The translations under genes and the position numbers were made by a program. Positions 39,944 to 50,539 of a stretch of DNA of 64,000 bases are shown here, one piece after another. The notes below the pieces were generated by a model. It worked only from the letters and a program-made list of their open reading frames with translations. It was not told the origin of the DNA and did no database searches. Where the stretch lies: positions 261,143 through 325,142 of the forward strand of contig JBMNMA010000009.1 in the NCBI GenBank assembly GCA_050953105.1, given 5' to 3'. The stretch is from Eubacteriales bacterium. GTDB lineage: Bacteria > Bacillota > Clostridia > Oscillospirales > CAG-382. Every line of letters starts with the position of its first letter. Position 1 is the stretch's first letter.

Positions 39944-41279
39944 ATTTTGTTTCAATGGGGACAAATTTAAAATACTGGCCGTGCCAAGCGAATTTAACCG
40001 TTCCGGTGGAGCCGTGGCGGTTTTTCCCCACAATACATTCTATTATCTGCTGTTCGGCAGGGACGGTTGGCTTTTCCTCGCCGGTGTCGTAGTCGTCACG
40101 ATAAAGCATCATAACAATGTCGGCGTCCTGCTCGATAGCGCCTGAATCCCTCAAGTCCGAAAGCACCGGCCGTCTTTCCTTTACTCCCTTGGGAGGACGG
40201 GAAAGCTGTGAGCAGAGCAAAACCGGAATTTTCATTTCCTTTGCCAATAGCTTTAACGCTCTGGTAATTTCGGCCACTTCCAGCACCCGGTTGTCCTTGT
40301 GGCTTTCCGACTGCATAAGCTGAAGATAGTCTATAACAATCATCCCCACGTTTTTAAGGCGGCGGACTTTAGACTTCATTTCGGTTATGGTAATGTTGGA
40401 GGTGTCGTCAAGGTAAATGCCGGTAGCGGACAGATTAGAGCAGGCTAAGGCTACGTCCCCCCACTGTTCGTCGGTGAAGGAGGCTTTACGGACGGTGTAG
40501 TTGTCTATAACCGCCTCGCAGGATATAAGCCGGTGGACAAGCTGCTGCTTTGACATTTCAAGGGAAAAAATGGCAATAGACTTATCCGGATAGGCTTTTC
40601 CCATGCTTAGGGCAAGGTTTAACACAAAGGTGGTTTTACCCATACCGGGACGCGCCCCCACCAGCACAAGGTCCCCTTCGCCAAGGCCGACAAAAATATT
40701 GTCAAGGTCGGAAAAGCCGGTTTTAAGACCGAGGTCCTCACCGGGGTGGGAGGCAAGATACTGGTAGTATGAATAGTTTTCCTTTAAGGTTTCGCTTATA
40801 TGTGTAAGTCCGGTACGATAACGGCTGTCGGCTATTGAAAATATGGTCTGTTCGGCATAGTCAACAATAGACCTGACATCCCCTTTTTCGGCAAAGGCGG
40901 TTTCGGCAATGTCCCTGGATATGTTTATAAGCTCCCTTAAAGTGGCCTTTTCCTCAATAATGCGCACGTATTCGGCCACGTTGGTGTTTTCGGCGGCAAC
41001 GTCGCATATTATTTTTATGTATTTGGCCACGTCGAATTCGGTTATCCCCGCTTCGGCTTTAACTTCCTCAATAAGGGTAACCACGTCTATCGACCGGCTT
41101 TTTGCAAACAGGCTGCGGATGGACGAAAAAATTATTTTATGTGATTCGATATAAAAATGCTCGGGTTTGAGCGTTTCGGCCTTTAGCAGATTTCCCTGGT
41201 CGATTATGATTGCGCCGAGCAGGGCCTGTTCCGCCACAAGGGAGTGGGGCATTTGCTTAATGTTATCAAATTCTGCCAT
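39936..41279 (-). CDS. dnaB: Replicative DNA helicase
   Basis: AEQALLG, GARPGMGKT, FSLEM, DYLQL, SDLRDSGAIEQDAD, KNRHG. Confidence 0.96.
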   Translation of the reverse strand: MAEFDNIKQMPHSLVAEQALLGAIIIDQGNLLKAETLKPEHFYIESHKIIFSSIRSLFAKSRSIDVVTLIEEVKAEAGITEFDVAKYIKIICDVAAENTNVAEYVRIIEEKATLRELINISRDIAETAFAEKGDVRSIVDYAEQTIFSIADSRYRTGLTHISETLKENYSYYQYLASHPGEDLGLKTGFSDLDNIFVGLGEGDLVLVGARPGMGKTTFVLNLALSMGKAYPDKSIAIFSLEMSKQQLVHRLISCEAVIDNYTVRKASFTDEQWGDVALACSNLSATGIYLDDTSNITITEMKSKVRRLKNVGMIVIDYLQLMQSESHKDNRVLEVAEITRALKLLAKEMKIPVLLCSQLSRPPKGVKERRPVLSDLRDSGAIEQDADIVMMLYRDDYDTGEEKPTVPAEQQIIECIVGKNRHGSTGTVKFAWHGQYFKFVPIETKYE

Positions 41280-41302
41280 TTCAAACTCCGTTTGAAGTTT
41301 TT

Positions 41303-41746
41303 TTAATTCTGCACCTTTAACCTTAATTTAGCCTGAACTTCGGGGAACAGCTTTATACTTACAACATATTCCCCGGTGGTTTTTATGGTATCGTTAATTA
41401 CAATTTTCTTTTTATCAATATCCAGACCGAGTTCGGCTTTTATTTTTTCGGCAATGTCCTTGTTTGTAACGGCGGAATAAAGCTTGCCGTCGGCACCGCC
41501 GGTAGCGGTGAACACAAGGGTGGCCATTTCTATAATTTCCTTAGATGCAAGGGCGGCCTTTTTATCCTCGGCATGGCGGAATTCTTCTGCCTTTTTCTTG
41601 GATTCAATCTCATTTACCAGCTGAGCGGTAGCCTCTTTGGCTAACTTTCTGGGTAAAAGAAAATTTTTGGCATATCCGTCTGAAACGTTTATAACGTCCC
41701 CCTTTTTACCCTGTCCTTTTACATCTTCAAGCAATATAACTTTCAT
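41303..41746 (-). CDS. rplI: 50S ribosomal protein L9
   Basis: MKVILLEDVKGQGKKGDVINVSDGYAKNFLLP. Confidence 0.97.
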   Translation of the reverse strand: MKVILLEDVKGQGKKGDVINVSDGYAKNFLLPRKLAKEATAQLVNEIESKKKAEEFRHAEDKKAALASKEIIEMATLVFTATGGADGKLYSAVTNKDIAEKIKAELGLDIDKKKIVINDTIKTTGEYVVSIKLFPEVQAKLRLKVQN

Positions 41747-41775
41747 TTTTCTTCCCTCTTTACTGTTTGGTGTGT

Positions 41776-43764
41776 TTATTCGGTTTCGCAGTATTCCACA
41801 ATGGCTTCCCTGAGCATAACCAGCGCCTGTTTCATTGAAACGCCGGTAAGCCTTGCCCCGGCGGAGTCGAAATGACCACCGCCTTTAAGCTTTTCAAGGA
41901 TAAGCGACACGTTGACGGAGCCATCGCTGCGGGCGGAGATATGAATGGCGTCATCGGCAAGGGATAATGTAAAGGAGGCTTTTATCCCCTCGATTTGAAG
42001 CATTCTTTCCGCCGCCTGGGCGGCAATCACCCGGTTTTCGGGGGTGTTGTCAAGGTCGTATTGGGTTATGGCGAAAATTTTTCTGAAAACTATTATGTTC
42101 TTTTCAAATTCGGCAAGCTTTTTAAATTCACCAAGCCGGTATTTGAAAACCGACTGAGCTTTACCGGTGTTTGCCCCTTCACCCCTCAAATATACCGCTG
42201 CGGAGAAGGTGCGTATTCCCACGTTGCGGGTAAAGTTTTGGGTGTCAAGGAGAATGCCTGCCAGAAGCAGCTCGGCTTCTTCCTTATACAAGGTGTTTGG
42301 CGGCAGGACAAGCTCAAGCATTTCACTGACCAGCTCGCTTGCCGAGGAGGCGGTGGGCTCGATATAAGATATGTCATGTTTGCGGTTGAATTCCTGGGTT
42401 TGCCGGTGGTGGTCTATTATGGCGATATGCTCAGCCTTTTTGTAAATTTCCGGCGATTCCAGTATCCGCTCGTTGTTAACGTCGGTTATTATAACCAGCG
42501 TATCGGGGGTTAACAGCTCCTGGCCGTAGATTTTGTCCACGAAAATATTGTCGTAGTCCTTTATCATGGTAAGCATATTGGCAAAGGTGTTAAATGACTG
42601 GTTTGAAAAGTCGGTGATGATTTTAACATCCTTTCCGAGATACATCACCAGCCTTGCCAGACCGATACCCGACGCTATTGCGTCAAAGTCGGGGTTGATA
42701 TGGCCCATTATAAGAACATTTGACGATTTGTTTACAAGCGACACCAGTTGGGTGGCCACCATGCGGGACTTGATTTTGGTACGCTTTTGAAGGGTTTTTG
42801 TTTTGCCGCCGTAAATGTCGGTGTCGGTTTTGGTTTTTACTATTGCCTGTGCACCGCCCCGCTGCAAGGCAAGCTGGAGGGAAATTTTGGCGGCCTCCTC
42901 TTTTTCCGACAGCGTTCCGTCAAGGCGGGCAACGCCGAGAGAAATTGTAAGAGGGGAGTTTTCGTCGGTTTCGGAAATTTCATAAACCCTGTCAAGAATA
43001 TCGAACTTTGAATCGATAAGCTTGCTCATGTGGCGTTCTTCAAAAAAGATAATATATTTATCCCGTTCGTATTCCTTTATAATACCCTTCATGGAAGAAA
43101 CCCATTCGGAAAGGACGTTGGCAATTTTTGCCGAAATTTCTCTGTATCTGTCCTGCATCCCCTGGGTAAGTTCGGATATATTGTCCACCACCGCATAGGC
43201 CACAAGAACATTGGAATTAAGGTGCTCGGCATAAAGGTTTTCATAATCGGTAACATCCGACCAGATTATGAGAAAGAAGGATTTACGCATTGTCTCTATG
43301 GGATAGGGGGTTATGCGGTAATATTTATCCCCCTGTTTTATGGTGTAATGCTTTTTCCCCTGCTCTTTAAGTTCGTTGAACTTATCGACGGTTACAACGC
43401 CATCGCCCATGGTAGAAACGTTTTCGCCGATTTTGATTTTATAATCGGAATACAGACTTTCAAGGGCGGCGTTATACCAGGAAATGGCCCCGGTGCCGTC
43501 GCAAAGCAGGACGGGAAGGCTCATTTCTGATATAAAGTCAAATGTATGGGCGGCAAGGGATTTGCCGGCAAGGAGGTTTTTGGCATCCCCCGAGCCGAAA
43601 TAAACGTATATGATAACATAGATGAGATAGCACCCGAACAGAATTGTGGAAAAAACCCCCGCCTTTGTGTTAAAGACAAAGGCAATGGCGCATAAGGACG
43701 CCATAAAAGCCGTGCTTATTACAAAGGAAAAGAGATTGTTTTTAAAAAAATGTTTCGGGTTCAT
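41776..43764 (-). CDS. gdpP: c-di-AMP phosphodiesterase, GdpP-like (PAS, degenerate GGDEF, DHH/DHHA1)
   Basis: N-terminal TMs, ALQRGG, GHINPDFDA, IIDHHR, GGGHFDSAG; conserved position before rplI. Confidence 0.9.
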   Translation of the reverse strand: MNPKHFFKNNLFSFVISTAFMASLCAIAFVFNTKAGVFSTILFGCYLIYVIIYVYFGSGDAKNLLAGKSLAAHTFDFISEMSLPVLLCDGTGAISWYNAALESLYSDYKIKIGENVSTMGDGVVTVDKFNELKEQGKKHYTIKQGDKYYRITPYPIETMRKSFFLIIWSDVTDYENLYAEHLNSNVLVAYAVVDNISELTQGMQDRYREISAKIANVLSEWVSSMKGIIKEYERDKYIIFFEERHMSKLIDSKFDILDRVYEISETDENSPLTISLGVARLDGTLSEKEEAAKISLQLALQRGGAQAIVKTKTDTDIYGGKTKTLQKRTKIKSRMVATQLVSLVNKSSNVLIMGHINPDFDAIASGIGLARLVMYLGKDVKIITDFSNQSFNTFANMLTMIKDYDNIFVDKIYGQELLTPDTLVIITDVNNERILESPEIYKKAEHIAIIDHHRQTQEFNRKHDISYIEPTASSASELVSEMLELVLPPNTLYKEEAELLLAGILLDTQNFTRNVGIRTFSAAVYLRGEGANTGKAQSVFKYRLGEFKKLAEFEKNIIVFRKIFAITQYDLDNTPENRVIAAQAAERMLQIEGIKASFTLSLADDAIHISARSDGSVNVSLILEKLKGGGHFDSAGARLTGVSMKQALVMLREAIVEYCETE

Positions 43765-43785
43765 ATTTCATCTCCGTAAACGTCG

Positions 43786-46011
43786 TTACTCAATTGACTG
43801 CTGAAGGAAATCGGGGTCCTCCTCCTCAAACAATCCCCCCGGTGATGGCAGGCTTGTCTTGCGGTAGCGGCTTTCCTTTGAAAGGGGTGAATTCACCTTG
43901 TCATAATAATTGGCGTAAATAACCTTTTGTCCCTTTTTCAGAGTCATAACCGTCGAACCGTAGGAGGTGCGGGTGGTTTTAAAGGTAAGCTGCTTTGCCT
44001 TGATAATTAGGGCCTTGCCTGCGTCGGAACGGATAAGGAATTCGTGGCTGTCCGTTACGAACATGGCGTTAACCAGCAGGGATTTGTCGAAAAAGGCGTT
44101 TTTCAGCTTTTTACGGTTGGTTTTGGTTTCGTAATTTAATGCGGAAATTTTAACCGCCTTGCCGTTTTCAAAGAAAAGGGCGATTTCCTGGTTAAAATCG
44201 GAAAGGCAAAGGGCGGCAACCACCTTTTCGTTCTGGTCAAAGGACAGCTTGGCGGGTATATAGTCCCCCAGGGACGACGCCTTGGTGTCCTCAAAGTCAT
44301 AAAGATGTGCCTTATACACCTGGGCGGCGGAGGTAAAGAACAGCACTTCCGCAATGTTGTTGGTTTCCTGGGTATAGACCAGATAGTCGTTTTCCTTAAA
44401 CTTCTGGACATCGTTACCCCTGAGCGACGCTGCGGTGCATTTTTTAAAGTAACCGTCTTTGGAAAGGAAAATGGTTACGGGATAGTCCTCGTGGGTTTCC
44501 ATAACCTCCATTACTTCTTCGGCCATGTCCTCATAAATTATATCGGTTTTTCGTGTCTTTGCGTATTTTGCTTTAATGTCGGAAAGCTCTTTGATAATAT
44601 ACTTTTTAATCTTTGCGTCGCTTTCGATAAGCTCGTAAAGACGGTTTATCTCGGTTTCAAGACCCGAAATTTCCTCTATGTTGTCAAGGATGTATTCTTT
44701 GTTAAGGTTTCTGAGCTTTATATTTGCTATATATTCGGCCTGGGGCTCGTCTATGTCAAAGCCGGACATAAGGTTGGGAATAACGTCCCGGTCGTTTTCG
44801 GTATGCCTGATTATATATATGGCCTTGTCAATGTCAAGGAGTATCTTTTTTAAGCCTTCAAGAAGATGCAGCCGTTCTTTTTTCCTGTTCCAGTCGTACA
44901 CAAAGGTGCGGCGGAGGCATTCTATGCGGAAGGCGCACCATTCCTCGATAATATCCATAACCCCAAGGGTTTTGGGGACGTTCCCCACCAGCACGGTGAA
45001 GTTGCAGGAAAAGGAATCCTCCAGCGGAGTCATTTTAAACAGCTTGGCCATAACCTTGTCGGGTTCGGTTCCCCGCTTCAGGTCAATGGCAATTTTAAGG
45101 CCGTTTATGTCGGTTTCGTCACGGATATCCGAAATTTCCTTTATCTTGCCTTCTTTAACCAGCTTGGTAACTGCGTCTTTTATTTTTTCGGCGGTGGTGG
45201 TATAGGGAATTTCGTAAACCTCAATACAGTTTGCCTTGGAGTCATACCTGTATTTTGACCTTAACTTAAAAGACCCCTTGCCGGTTTTATAAATTTCCAG
45301 CATCTTTTCCCGGTTGTAAAACAAAAGTGCGCCGGTGGAAAAGTCGGGAGCCTTTAAAGTATCCAGCAGTTCGCTGTCAGACACGACACCGTTTTTCAAA
45401 AACAAGGCGGTAAGGTCGCAGATTTCGGCAAGGTTAAACGAGCATATTACGCTTGAAAGCCCAACCGCTATGCCCGAGTTGGGGGAAACGAGAATGTTGG
45501 GGAAAGCGATGGGTAAAAGCAGCGGTTCGGTGGTGGTGTGGTCGTAGTTGTCCACAAAGTCCACCGCATCCTTTTCGATACCGCCGAAAACGTATTCGCA
45601 TATTTTTTCAAGCTTTACTTCGGTATATCTTGAGGCGGCAAACGCCATGTCGGAATACTGCTTGCCAAAGCTTCCCTTGGAGTCTACAAACGGGTGCAGC
45701 AAAGCTTCCTTGTCTGTGGTAAGCCTGACAAGGGTTTCGTAAATCGCCATATCCCCATGGGGGTGGAGCTTCATTGTCGCTCCCACCACGTTGGCGGATT
45801 TTGTCCGGGGGCCGTTTAGCAGCCCCATTTTATACATGGTATAAAGGAGTTTTCTGTGGGAAGGCTTAAAGCCGTCAATTTCGGGTATCGCTCTTGAAAC
45901 TATAACCGTCATGGCGTATGGCATGTAGTTAGTTTCAAGAACGTCAGTTATTTCCCCGACTTCAATAACTGCCGGTCTTTCTTCATCGATTGTCTTTTTC
46001 CTTTTTGCCAT
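43786..46011 (-). CDS. parC: Type IIA topoisomerase subunit A, ParC-like
   Basis: SRAIPEIDGFKPSHR, HPHGD, AASRYTE catalytic Tyr; short CTD, no QRRGG GyrA box seen. Confidence 0.8.
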   Translation of the reverse strand: MAKRKKTIDEERPAVIEVGEITDVLETNYMPYAMTVIVSRAIPEIDGFKPSHRKLLYTMYKMGLLNGPRTKSANVVGATMKLHPHGDMAIYETLVRLTTDKEALLHPFVDSKGSFGKQYSDMAFAASRYTEVKLEKICEYVFGGIEKDAVDFVDNYDHTTTEPLLLPIAFPNILVSPNSGIAVGLSSVICSFNLAEICDLTALFLKNGVVSDSELLDTLKAPDFSTGALLFYNREKMLEIYKTGKGSFKLRSKYRYDSKANCIEVYEIPYTTTAEKIKDAVTKLVKEGKIKEISDIRDETDINGLKIAIDLKRGTEPDKVMAKLFKMTPLEDSFSCNFTVLVGNVPKTLGVMDIIEEWCAFRIECLRRTFVYDWNRKKERLHLLEGLKKILLDIDKAIYIIRHTENDRDVIPNLMSGFDIDEPQAEYIANIKLRNLNKEYILDNIEEISGLETEINRLYELIESDAKIKKYIIKELSDIKAKYAKTRKTDIIYEDMAEEVMEVMETHEDYPVTIFLSKDGYFKKCTAASLRGNDVQKFKENDYLVYTQETNNIAEVLFFTSAAQVYKAHLYDFEDTKASSLGDYIPAKLSFDQNEKVVAALCLSDFNQEIALFFENGKAVKISALNYETKTNRKKLKNAFFDKSLLVNAMFVTDSHEFLIRSDAGKALIIKAKQLTFKTTRTSYGSTVMTLKKGQKVIYANYYDKVNSPLSKESRYRKTSLPSPGGLFEEEDPDFLQQSIE

Positions 46012-46042
46012 TTTTCACCTTTAACGTCTTTATTAAAAACTC

Positions 46043-48028
46043 TTATATGTCCGCCAAGGGGAGATATTTTGCTCCGTAGAGTGCTATAAACTCCTTGCGG
46101 GCGGCGATATTGTCGCCAAGGAGGATGTCAAACATTTCGAAGGTTTTTGCTTCATCTTCCATTGTTATCTGAAGGAGTCTGCGGGTGGCGGGGTTCATGG
46201 TGGTCCGTGACATCATGGCCGCATCGTTTTCGCCGAGACCCTTTGACCGCTGAATGGTGTATTTTGCATTGCCGAGGGTGGCTAAAATATCGTTCTTTTC
46301 CCTTTCGTCGTAGGCAAAATAGGTGTCATCCCTGGTGTTTATTTCATACAAAGGGGTTTGGGCAATAAACACCATCCCTTCCCGTATAAGAGAGGGCAAA
46401 AGCCGGAAAAGCATTGTTAAAATAAGGGTTCTTATCTGGTAGCCGTCCTCGTCGGCGTCGGTACATATTATAATTTTACTCCACCTCAAGGCATCACGGT
46501 TGTAGGTCTGGCTGGCCTTAGCCGCCTTTCCCTTTCCGCCCATCTCAATGCCGCAGCCGATAACCTTTATAAGGTCGGTTATAATTTCGTTGGCAAGTAT
46601 TTTATCGTAGGTTGCTTTAAGGCAGTTTAGGGTTTTGCCCCGGACGGGGATAATAGCCTGAAAATCGGCATTTCTGGCCAGCTTGCAGCTTGTAAGCGCC
46701 GAGTCCCCTTCAACTATATAAAGTTCACATTTATTTTTATCCTTGGAACGGCAGTTGACAAACTTGTCCACCGTGTTGGAAATGTCAAGGGACGAGGTAA
46801 GCTGCTTTTTAACGTTTACCCGCATGCTTTCGCTTTGCTCACGGGAACGCTTGTTTATAAGCACCTGTCCACAGATACGCTCTGCCGCCTGGGGGTTTTC
46901 AAGAAAATATACCTCAAGGCAATGCCTGAAAAAGTCGGTCATCGCCTCGGTTATAAAGGGGTTGTTTATTGCTTTTTTGGTCTGGTTGGCGTAGGAGGTC
47001 TGGGTTGAAAAGGAGTTGGACACAAACACAAGGCAGTCTTCAATGTCCCCGAAGGTTATTTTAACCTCCTTGGCCTTGTATTTGCCGTTGGTTTTTAGGT
47101 ATTTGTCAATTACGCTTGTAAACGCCGACTTTAACGCCTTTTCGGGACATCCGCCGTGTTCCAGGAATGAGCCGTTATGATAATATTCTATCATCTGCAC
47201 TTCGTTGGAAAAGCAGAAGGCAAAGTTAATTTTAAGCTTATAATCTTCCTTGTCCGCCCGGTCCCGGCCCACACGCTCGGTTGAGTAGAAAGCGGGTTCG
47301 TTAAGGTAGTTTACCCCCACGGTTTCGTAGATATAATCCACAATTCCGTTGGGATACAGAAATTGGGATGCTTCAAAGCTGCCGTCGGCATTCTGCCAGT
47401 TAAGGCAGAGCAAAAGCCCCTCGTTGGCCACTGCCTGCTTTTTTAGGGTGGTTTCGTAATACTCTTTGGGTATATTTATATCGGTAAAAACCTCAAGGTC
47501 GGGTTTCCAGTGGATAACCGTTCCTGTTTTGGTTTTGGGGCAGGGTTCTTTGTTAAGCTTTGAAACCGGCTCGCCTTTTTTAAAGGAAACGGTGTATTTC
47601 GTCCCCTTGGAATAGGCGGTAACCTCCATAAATTCGGAGGAATACTGGGTGGCGCAGGCGCCGAGACCGTTCAAACCGAGGGAATATTCATAAGCTCCCC
47701 CCGAGGTGTTCTGGTATTTGCCGCCGGCATACAGTTCGCAAAACACCAGTTCCCAGTTGTATTTACCCTCGTTTTCGTTCCAGTCAAGGGGAACACCCCG
47801 GCCGAAATCCTCAACGGTTATGGATTTATCCTTGTAAACGGTTACGTTTATCTGTTTGCCGTATCCTTCCCGGTACTCGTCTATGGCGTTGGAGAGTATT
47901 TCGAAAAAGGAATGCTCGCAACCCTCAAGGCCGTCGGAGCCGAAAATAACCGCCGGACGTTTTCTGACCCGGTCGGCCCCTTTAAGGGAGGATATGGACT
48001 GTTCGGTGTATTCTCTTTTTTTTGCCAC
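46043..48028 (-). CDS. parE: Type IIA topoisomerase subunit B, ParE-like
   Basis: EILSNAIDE, VEDFGRGVP, GLNGLG, VEGDSA, PVRGK, DADEDG, KGLGE. Confidence 0.8.
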   Translation of the reverse strand: MAKKREYTEQSISSLKGADRVRKRPAVIFGSDGLEGCEHSFFEILSNAIDEYREGYGKQINVTVYKDKSITVEDFGRGVPLDWNENEGKYNWELVFCELYAGGKYQNTSGGAYEYSLGLNGLGACATQYSSEFMEVTAYSKGTKYTVSFKKGEPVSKLNKEPCPKTKTGTVIHWKPDLEVFTDINIPKEYYETTLKKQAVANEGLLLCLNWQNADGSFEASQFLYPNGIVDYIYETVGVNYLNEPAFYSTERVGRDRADKEDYKLKINFAFCFSNEVQMIEYYHNGSFLEHGGCPEKALKSAFTSVIDKYLKTNGKYKAKEVKITFGDIEDCLVFVSNSFSTQTSYANQTKKAINNPFITEAMTDFFRHCLEVYFLENPQAAERICGQVLINKRSREQSESMRVNVKKQLTSSLDISNTVDKFVNCRSKDKNKCELYIVEGDSALTSCKLARNADFQAIIPVRGKTLNCLKATYDKILANEIITDLIKVIGCGIEMGGKGKAAKASQTYNRDALRWSKIIICTDADEDGYQIRTLILTMLFRLLPSLIREGMVFIAQTPLYEINTRDDTYFAYDEREKNDILATLGNAKYTIQRSKGLGENDAAMMSRTTMNPATRRLLQITMEDEAKTFEMFDILLGDNIAARKEFIALYGAKYLPLADI

Positions 48029-48049
48029 GTTTACCTCCGGAACGGATTG

Positions 48050-49054
48050 TTATTTTGCCCGGTAAAATCCTACTTTTTTATAAACCTTAGATACTGTTTT
48101 GTTTGCGGTGTAGGCTGCCCTTGTCGCTCCCTCGGCGACTATTTTTTCAAGGTATGCCTTTTCTTTAAGCAGCCGGGTGGTTTCTTCCCTGACGGGGCGT
48201 AATGTTTCAACCACGGCTTCGCCCACCGTCTTTTTAAAGTCACCGTAGCCCCGACCGGCAAATTCGTTTTGAATTTTATCAAAGGTCTTGCCGGTACAGG
48301 CGGAATAGATAGACATAAGGTTGGAAACGCCACGTTTGTTTATGGGATCAAACTTTACTTCGGTTTCGCTGTCGGTAACCGCCCGTCTGAATTTTGCCAT
48401 TATAACGTCGGGATTGTCCATAATCAGGACGGATCCCACCGATTCTTCCGACTTGCTCATTTTACTTTCCGGGTCGGTTAGAGACATGATTCTTGCCCCC
48501 ACCTTGGGTATATAGGGTTCAGGCAGAGTGAACACGTCGCCGTATACGCCGTTGAAACGGTTGGCGATGTCTCTGGTTATCTCAACATGCTGTTTCTGGT
48601 CCTCGCCCACCGGAACAAGGTCGGCTTGATAGAGTAAAATATCCGCCGCCATAAGGACGGGATAGGTGTAAAGACCTGCGTTTATATTGTCGGCCTGCTT
48701 TGCGGCCTTGTCCTTAAACTGTGTCATGCGGTTGAGTTCGCCCATCATGGCGTAGCAATTCAACACCCATGCAAGCTCGGCATGGGCGGGAACCATTGAC
48801 TGAATAAAAAGCACGTTCTTTTCCGGGTCAAGGCCGGACGCTATAAGGGCGGCAAGCTGCTCAATGGTACGCTTGCGAAGCAGCGCCGGGTCGTGCCGTA
48901 TGGTTATGGCATGAAGGTCGGCGAGCATAAAAAAGCAGTCATAATCGTTATGCAATGACACCCAGTTTTTAATTGCACCTATATATGAACCGAGGGTAAG
49001 GTCCCCGGTGGGCTTTATTCCCGATAATATGCGTTTCTTTTTCCCGTCGTCCAT
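48050..49054 (-). CDS. trpS: Tryptophanyl-tRNA synthetase
   Basis: SGIKPTG.LTLGSYIGA, YPVLMAADIL, GEDQKQH, KMSKS. Confidence 0.96.
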   Translation of the reverse strand: MDDGKKKRILSGIKPTGDLTLGSYIGAIKNWVSLHNDYDCFFMLADLHAITIRHDPALLRKRTIEQLAALIASGLDPEKNVLFIQSMVPAHAELAWVLNCYAMMGELNRMTQFKDKAAKQADNINAGLYTYPVLMAADILLYQADLVPVGEDQKQHVEITRDIANRFNGVYGDVFTLPEPYIPKVGARIMSLTDPESKMSKSEESVGSVLIMDNPDVIMAKFRRAVTDSETEVKFDPINKRGVSNLMSIYSACTGKTFDKIQNEFAGRGYGDFKKTVGEAVVETLRPVREETTRLLKEKAYLEKIVAEGATRAAYTANKTVSKVYKKVGFYRAK

Positions 49055-49224
49055 TGTTAACTCTCCCGTATAAAAATACTAAATATTGTATGAGTTCATT
49101 GTATTGTATCATACATTTTCCGATTTTTCAATAAATTTTTTGGAAAAAGTCATTTACAAGACAAATTGTTTGATGTATAATGTTATGTCATATTATTCTG
49201 AAAATTACTGAAAGGAACTGTATC

Positions 49225-49797
49225 ATGTCAAAAATTCTCGTAGAAACCTCTGCGCGTCATGTCCATGTGACGAAAGAGGCATTGGAAATCCTCTTCGGAG
49301 AGGGGTATGAGCTCACTCCCAAGAAAGCGCTGTCCCAGCCGGGTCAGTACGCCTGCGAGGAAAGAGTGGACGTGGTCGGACCGAAGAATACAATAAAAAA
49401 CGTATCCATCCTCGGCCCCGTCCGCAGGGCCACACAAATTGAAGTTTCCCTTACCGACGCAAGGACGCTGGGCGTTAATCCTCCTGTCCGGGAATCCGGG
49501 GACGTTGCCGGCTCTGCTCCTATAAAGCTGGTCGGCCCCAAAGGCGAAATCCAGCTTACCGAAGGATGTATAGCCGCAAAACGGCATATACACATTACCC
49601 CCAAGGAAGCCGCCGAATGGGGACTTGAAAACGGACAGGTTGTTTCGGTTAAAATCGAAAACACCGACCGTCCCGCAATCTTTGGCAACGTGGTGGTAAG
49701 AGTCAGCGAAAAATTCGCCCCCGCAATGCACATAGACACCGACGAGGCCAATGCCGCCTGCGCTTTCGGCGAAATTTACGGCGAAATAATTAAGTAA
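49225..49797 (+). CDS. pduL: Phosphate propanoyltransferase (PduL family)
   Basis: SARHVHV, LSQPGQYA, LGPVR..TQIEVS.TD, AKRHIH, MHIDTDEANA. Confidence 0.9.
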   Translation: MSKILVETSARHVHVTKEALEILFGEGYELTPKKALSQPGQYACEERVDVVGPKNTIKNVSILGPVRRATQIEVSLTDARTLGVNPPVRESGDVAGSAPIKLVGPKGEIQLTEGCIAAKRHIHITPKEAAEWGLENGQVVSVKIENTDRPAIFGNVVVRVSEKFAPAMHIDTDEANAACAFGEIYGEIIK

Positions 49798-49831
49798 TTA
49801 CACAAAAAACTATACAAGGAAAGGAACTCAC

Positions 49832-50527
49832 ATGATTAGCTACTCTAAAGAAGTTGAACAAATGTGCTGTGTCGCCAAGGGTCCCAACCACGGTCCCTCC
49901 CCCCTTCCCGAGGAAGGCAGATGGGTTAAGGCAAAAGAAATTTCCGACATTTCAGGTTACACCCACGGTGTGGGCTGGTGCGCTCCCCAGCAGGGCGCCT
50001 GCAAACTGTCCCTGAATGTCAAAAACGGAGTTATCGAGGAAGCCCTGGTTGAAACCATAGGCTGCTCGGGTATGACCCACTCCGCAGCAATGGCTGCCGA
50101 AATTTTGCCCGGCAAAACCATTCTTGAGGCCCTCAACACCGACCTTGTTTGCGACGCCATAAACACCGCCATGCGGGAACTGTTTTTACAAATCGTTTAC
50201 GGCCGCACCCAGTCGGCATTTTCCGAAGACGGCCTTATTATAGGCGCCGGCATTGAAGACCTTGGCAAAGGCCACCGCTCAATGGTAGGCACCATGTACG
50301 GCACCAAGGCAAAAGGCGTACGCTACCTTGAAATGACCGAAGGCTACTGCACCAGAATGGCGCTTGACGAAAACAATGAGGTCATCGGCTACGAATATGT
50401 TTCGCTTGGCAAAATGACCGATCTTATAAAGAAGGGCGTCGAGCCCAACGAGGCTTACGAAAAATCCAAGGGAACCTACGGGCGGTTTAACGAAGCCGTT
50501 AAATACATAGACCCGAGGGTTGAATAG
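49832..50527 (+). CDS. IscU/NifU-like Fe-S scaffold domain protein of the GGGtGRT operon
   Basis: WCAPQQGAC, ETIGCSGMTHS, LVCDAIN Cys motifs in IscU-like spacing. Confidence 0.8.
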   Translation: MISYSKEVEQMCCVAKGPNHGPSPLPEEGRWVKAKEISDISGYTHGVGWCAPQQGACKLSLNVKNGVIEEALVETIGCSGMTHSAAMAAEILPGKTILEALNTDLVCDAINTAMRELFLQIVYGRTQSAFSEDGLIIGAGIEDLGKGHRSMVGTMYGTKAKGVRYLEMTEGYCTRMALDENNEVIGYEYVSLGKMTDLIKKGVEPNEAYEKSKGTYGRFNEAVKYIDPRVE

Positions 50528-50539
50528 GGGGAATGAACC

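Noticed and set aside
41776-43764. Link between the c-di-AMP phosphodiesterase and the c-di-GMP operon
   Set aside because: gdpP-rplI-dnaB is a conserved housekeeping block 10 kb away and uses a different messenger
49055-49180. Expected T-box leader for trpS
   Set aside because: The intergenic space is too short and has no T-box consensus; only a plain promoter-like sequence
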